The position numbers were made by a program, and so were the translations under genes. Positions 62,221-64,000 of a stretch of DNA of 64,000 nt are shown here, one piece after another. How positions within the stretch are numbered: position 1 is the first letter of the stretch; each line of letters begins with the position of its first letter. This stretch comes from Macrostomum lignano (Eukaryota). The stretch spans positions 1,054,001 through 1,118,000 of the forward strand of contig NIVC01000061.1 of assembly GCA_002269645.1 (NCBI GenBank), in the 5' to 3' direction. The notes beneath the pieces were generated by a model, which was not told the origin of the DNA, searched no databases, and saw only the letters and a program-made list of their open reading frames with translations.

Positions 62221-62941
62221 TTGAATTGAAGAATCTAAAGATTTAAACTTCGCATCGCATGTATAAGTAGTGAGTGAATTCGAGGCGACCCAAACGCTTT
62301 AGGCCATAGACTATAAATGTGGGCTGATAGTGAACAAATCTATCGCTATGTTGTCTATGGTCATGCAATACCACGTAAAACTTATTCAGTGTTTTGTTTT
62401 TATCCAAAGTTGAATGCTAATATAGAATAAAGGTAGGTTGGGCCATAGACAACACGCAAATTTCTGACTAAGAAACTCTACACGTAGCTATACTGAGAGA
62501 CGCGTGAACCCTCAGAGACGGACATCCGAACTCGAAATGCATCCCACTCCCACCCCTTGTCCACCCACCAGTGTTTTGCTCTCAGTAAACATTATCCGCT
62601 GCCATGGGGAACACAAAATTAACTGATAGGAATATCGCAAATTTATTTAACCCGTAACGCAACATCCATAGAAAGCAATAACACGGACGCCTCACGTTCC
62701 ATCCTCCTGTCTTCCTTATCACTGCGAGACGGTGTCACGTCCATGTAGAGCTCATTAGCATCAGTGCTACATGCCTGACAAGTGATAGCTGAACACCAAC
62801 TTCTGTTCCTAATTTCAAGGTTTAAAGCTCACTGCAATCTGTGCGAAGTCGCTTTCTTGAATTCTGCTGGCTCTCAGCATTCGACAAAACTCGACTGTAG
62901 CCCTCTTCTACATCTCTGCGTCTTGTGAAGCTGGCCCATAG

Positions 62942-63706
62942 TAGGGGTGTTCGGCTTTCCATTTTTCCGGGTTCAGGGTAAACCCAAAACCTAAAACACT
63001 GACCCCGAACCCGAAACCCGACCCGGATCGAAACCCGACCCGACCCGACCCCGAACTTTCCATGAAAGAAGAACGCTTCATCTCAGGCTTTCCGTGATGA
63101 TCTTTTTTCCAGGAGTGACATCTGAAGAGAGTTACTCGTCCTGAGGTACCTCTAGTAGTCTTCTCGTTCTCATTTGCAGTCCTGGCTCCTTAACTCCTAT
63201 TTCTAGTCATCAGCTAGCAATCTCAAGTCTTCACTTCTCTCCTCCCTATAATTGACTTTTCTGACATCTTTGAAATCAGAAATGTCACGGGACGATGTGC
63301 TTTTGCCATTGGCATCAGCAATTCATGTGTTTAATAAAAATGTATGCAATTGTAAATAAAGGGATTTTTTAATCCACAAGCATAGTCCAGCGGCCAGCCA
63401 GAATCCAAAGATTCATAGATATCCTGCATGGAACCCTACATTTGTAGTTGAAAGCTTAAATTCAAGCATTATTTCGATTTTTCGAAGTTTAAATTTTCGC
63501 CTTTTTATACTTTAAAAAACGTTGAATAACGACATTAGGAGAATTTTATTTTTAAAATAGCTAAAGTTTATTTTTCCTTTGAAGCAGTAACCCCGAAAAC
63601 CCGACCCCCTAAGCCCGACCCGAAAACCCGAACCCAAACACCTAACCCCGAACCTGATACCCGACCGGAACACCCTACCTCGAACCCCGAACCCCGAACA
63701 CCCCTA
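62942..63706. mobile_element. hAT-type non-autonomous element, 765 bp
   Basis: TIR TAGGGGTGTTCGG / CCGAACACCCCTA; exact 8-bp TSD GCCCATAG at 62934-62941 and 63707-63714; many subterminal CCCGA(A) motifs. Confidence 0.9.
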
Positions 63707-64000
63707 GCCCATAGACAAAATTTGAGACACGGATTGAATTCTTTTAATTCCTAACGAACTCAGAAAACTTCTGATTCAGCCTCAGACCCAAACACACACT
63801 TGCTCCATCTGCTATTCGGAAGTGCAGACATGGAGAAATTTTCTATTTATATTGGCTTAGAAAACTAAAAAATTCCAATAAAAAGTGAAGACTGAAGGCT
63901 CCCTCCTGTGATAAATATTCACTTCGACATATCTAAGCCAGGGACAGAGGTCTTGCACAAACAAGTGGAGCCTGTGGTTTGACTCATTGCACTTCACTGG

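Overview
Intron-containing animal genomic DNA: GC-rich exons in AT-rich spacers, with a different minisatellite filling most introns. This organisation resembles the flatworm Macrostomum (inference only). I reconstructed spliced, in-phase gene models by hand for BRMS1-like (3 exons), BAF/BANF1 (2), an intracellular lipid-binding protein (4), RASSF2/4-like (3), fascin (5, one donor reads GG not GT), a 5-finger C2H2 ZF protein, and an alpha-kinase spliced to two Cys-rich repeats I cannot assign. The window also holds three secreted inhibitor-cystine-knot (knottin, C-x6-C-x5-CC) peptide genes largely missed by the ORF track, one with a GPI-signal-like tail, and an inverted pair of PAN-like+fibrinogen-domain genes whose intron starts with a ladder of in-frame splice donors. 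Mobile DNA: a 5'-truncated LOA-type LINE inside a 3.8 kb hexamer satellite, a decayed Ngaro/DIRS element, two hAT-type MITEs with exact 8-bp TSDs, and four tRNA-derived SINE-like copies with shuffled modules. Best candidate for an undescribed system: the knottin/FReD/alpha-kinase defence-like cluster at about 33.7-61 kb. All calls are from manual reading; no searches were run.
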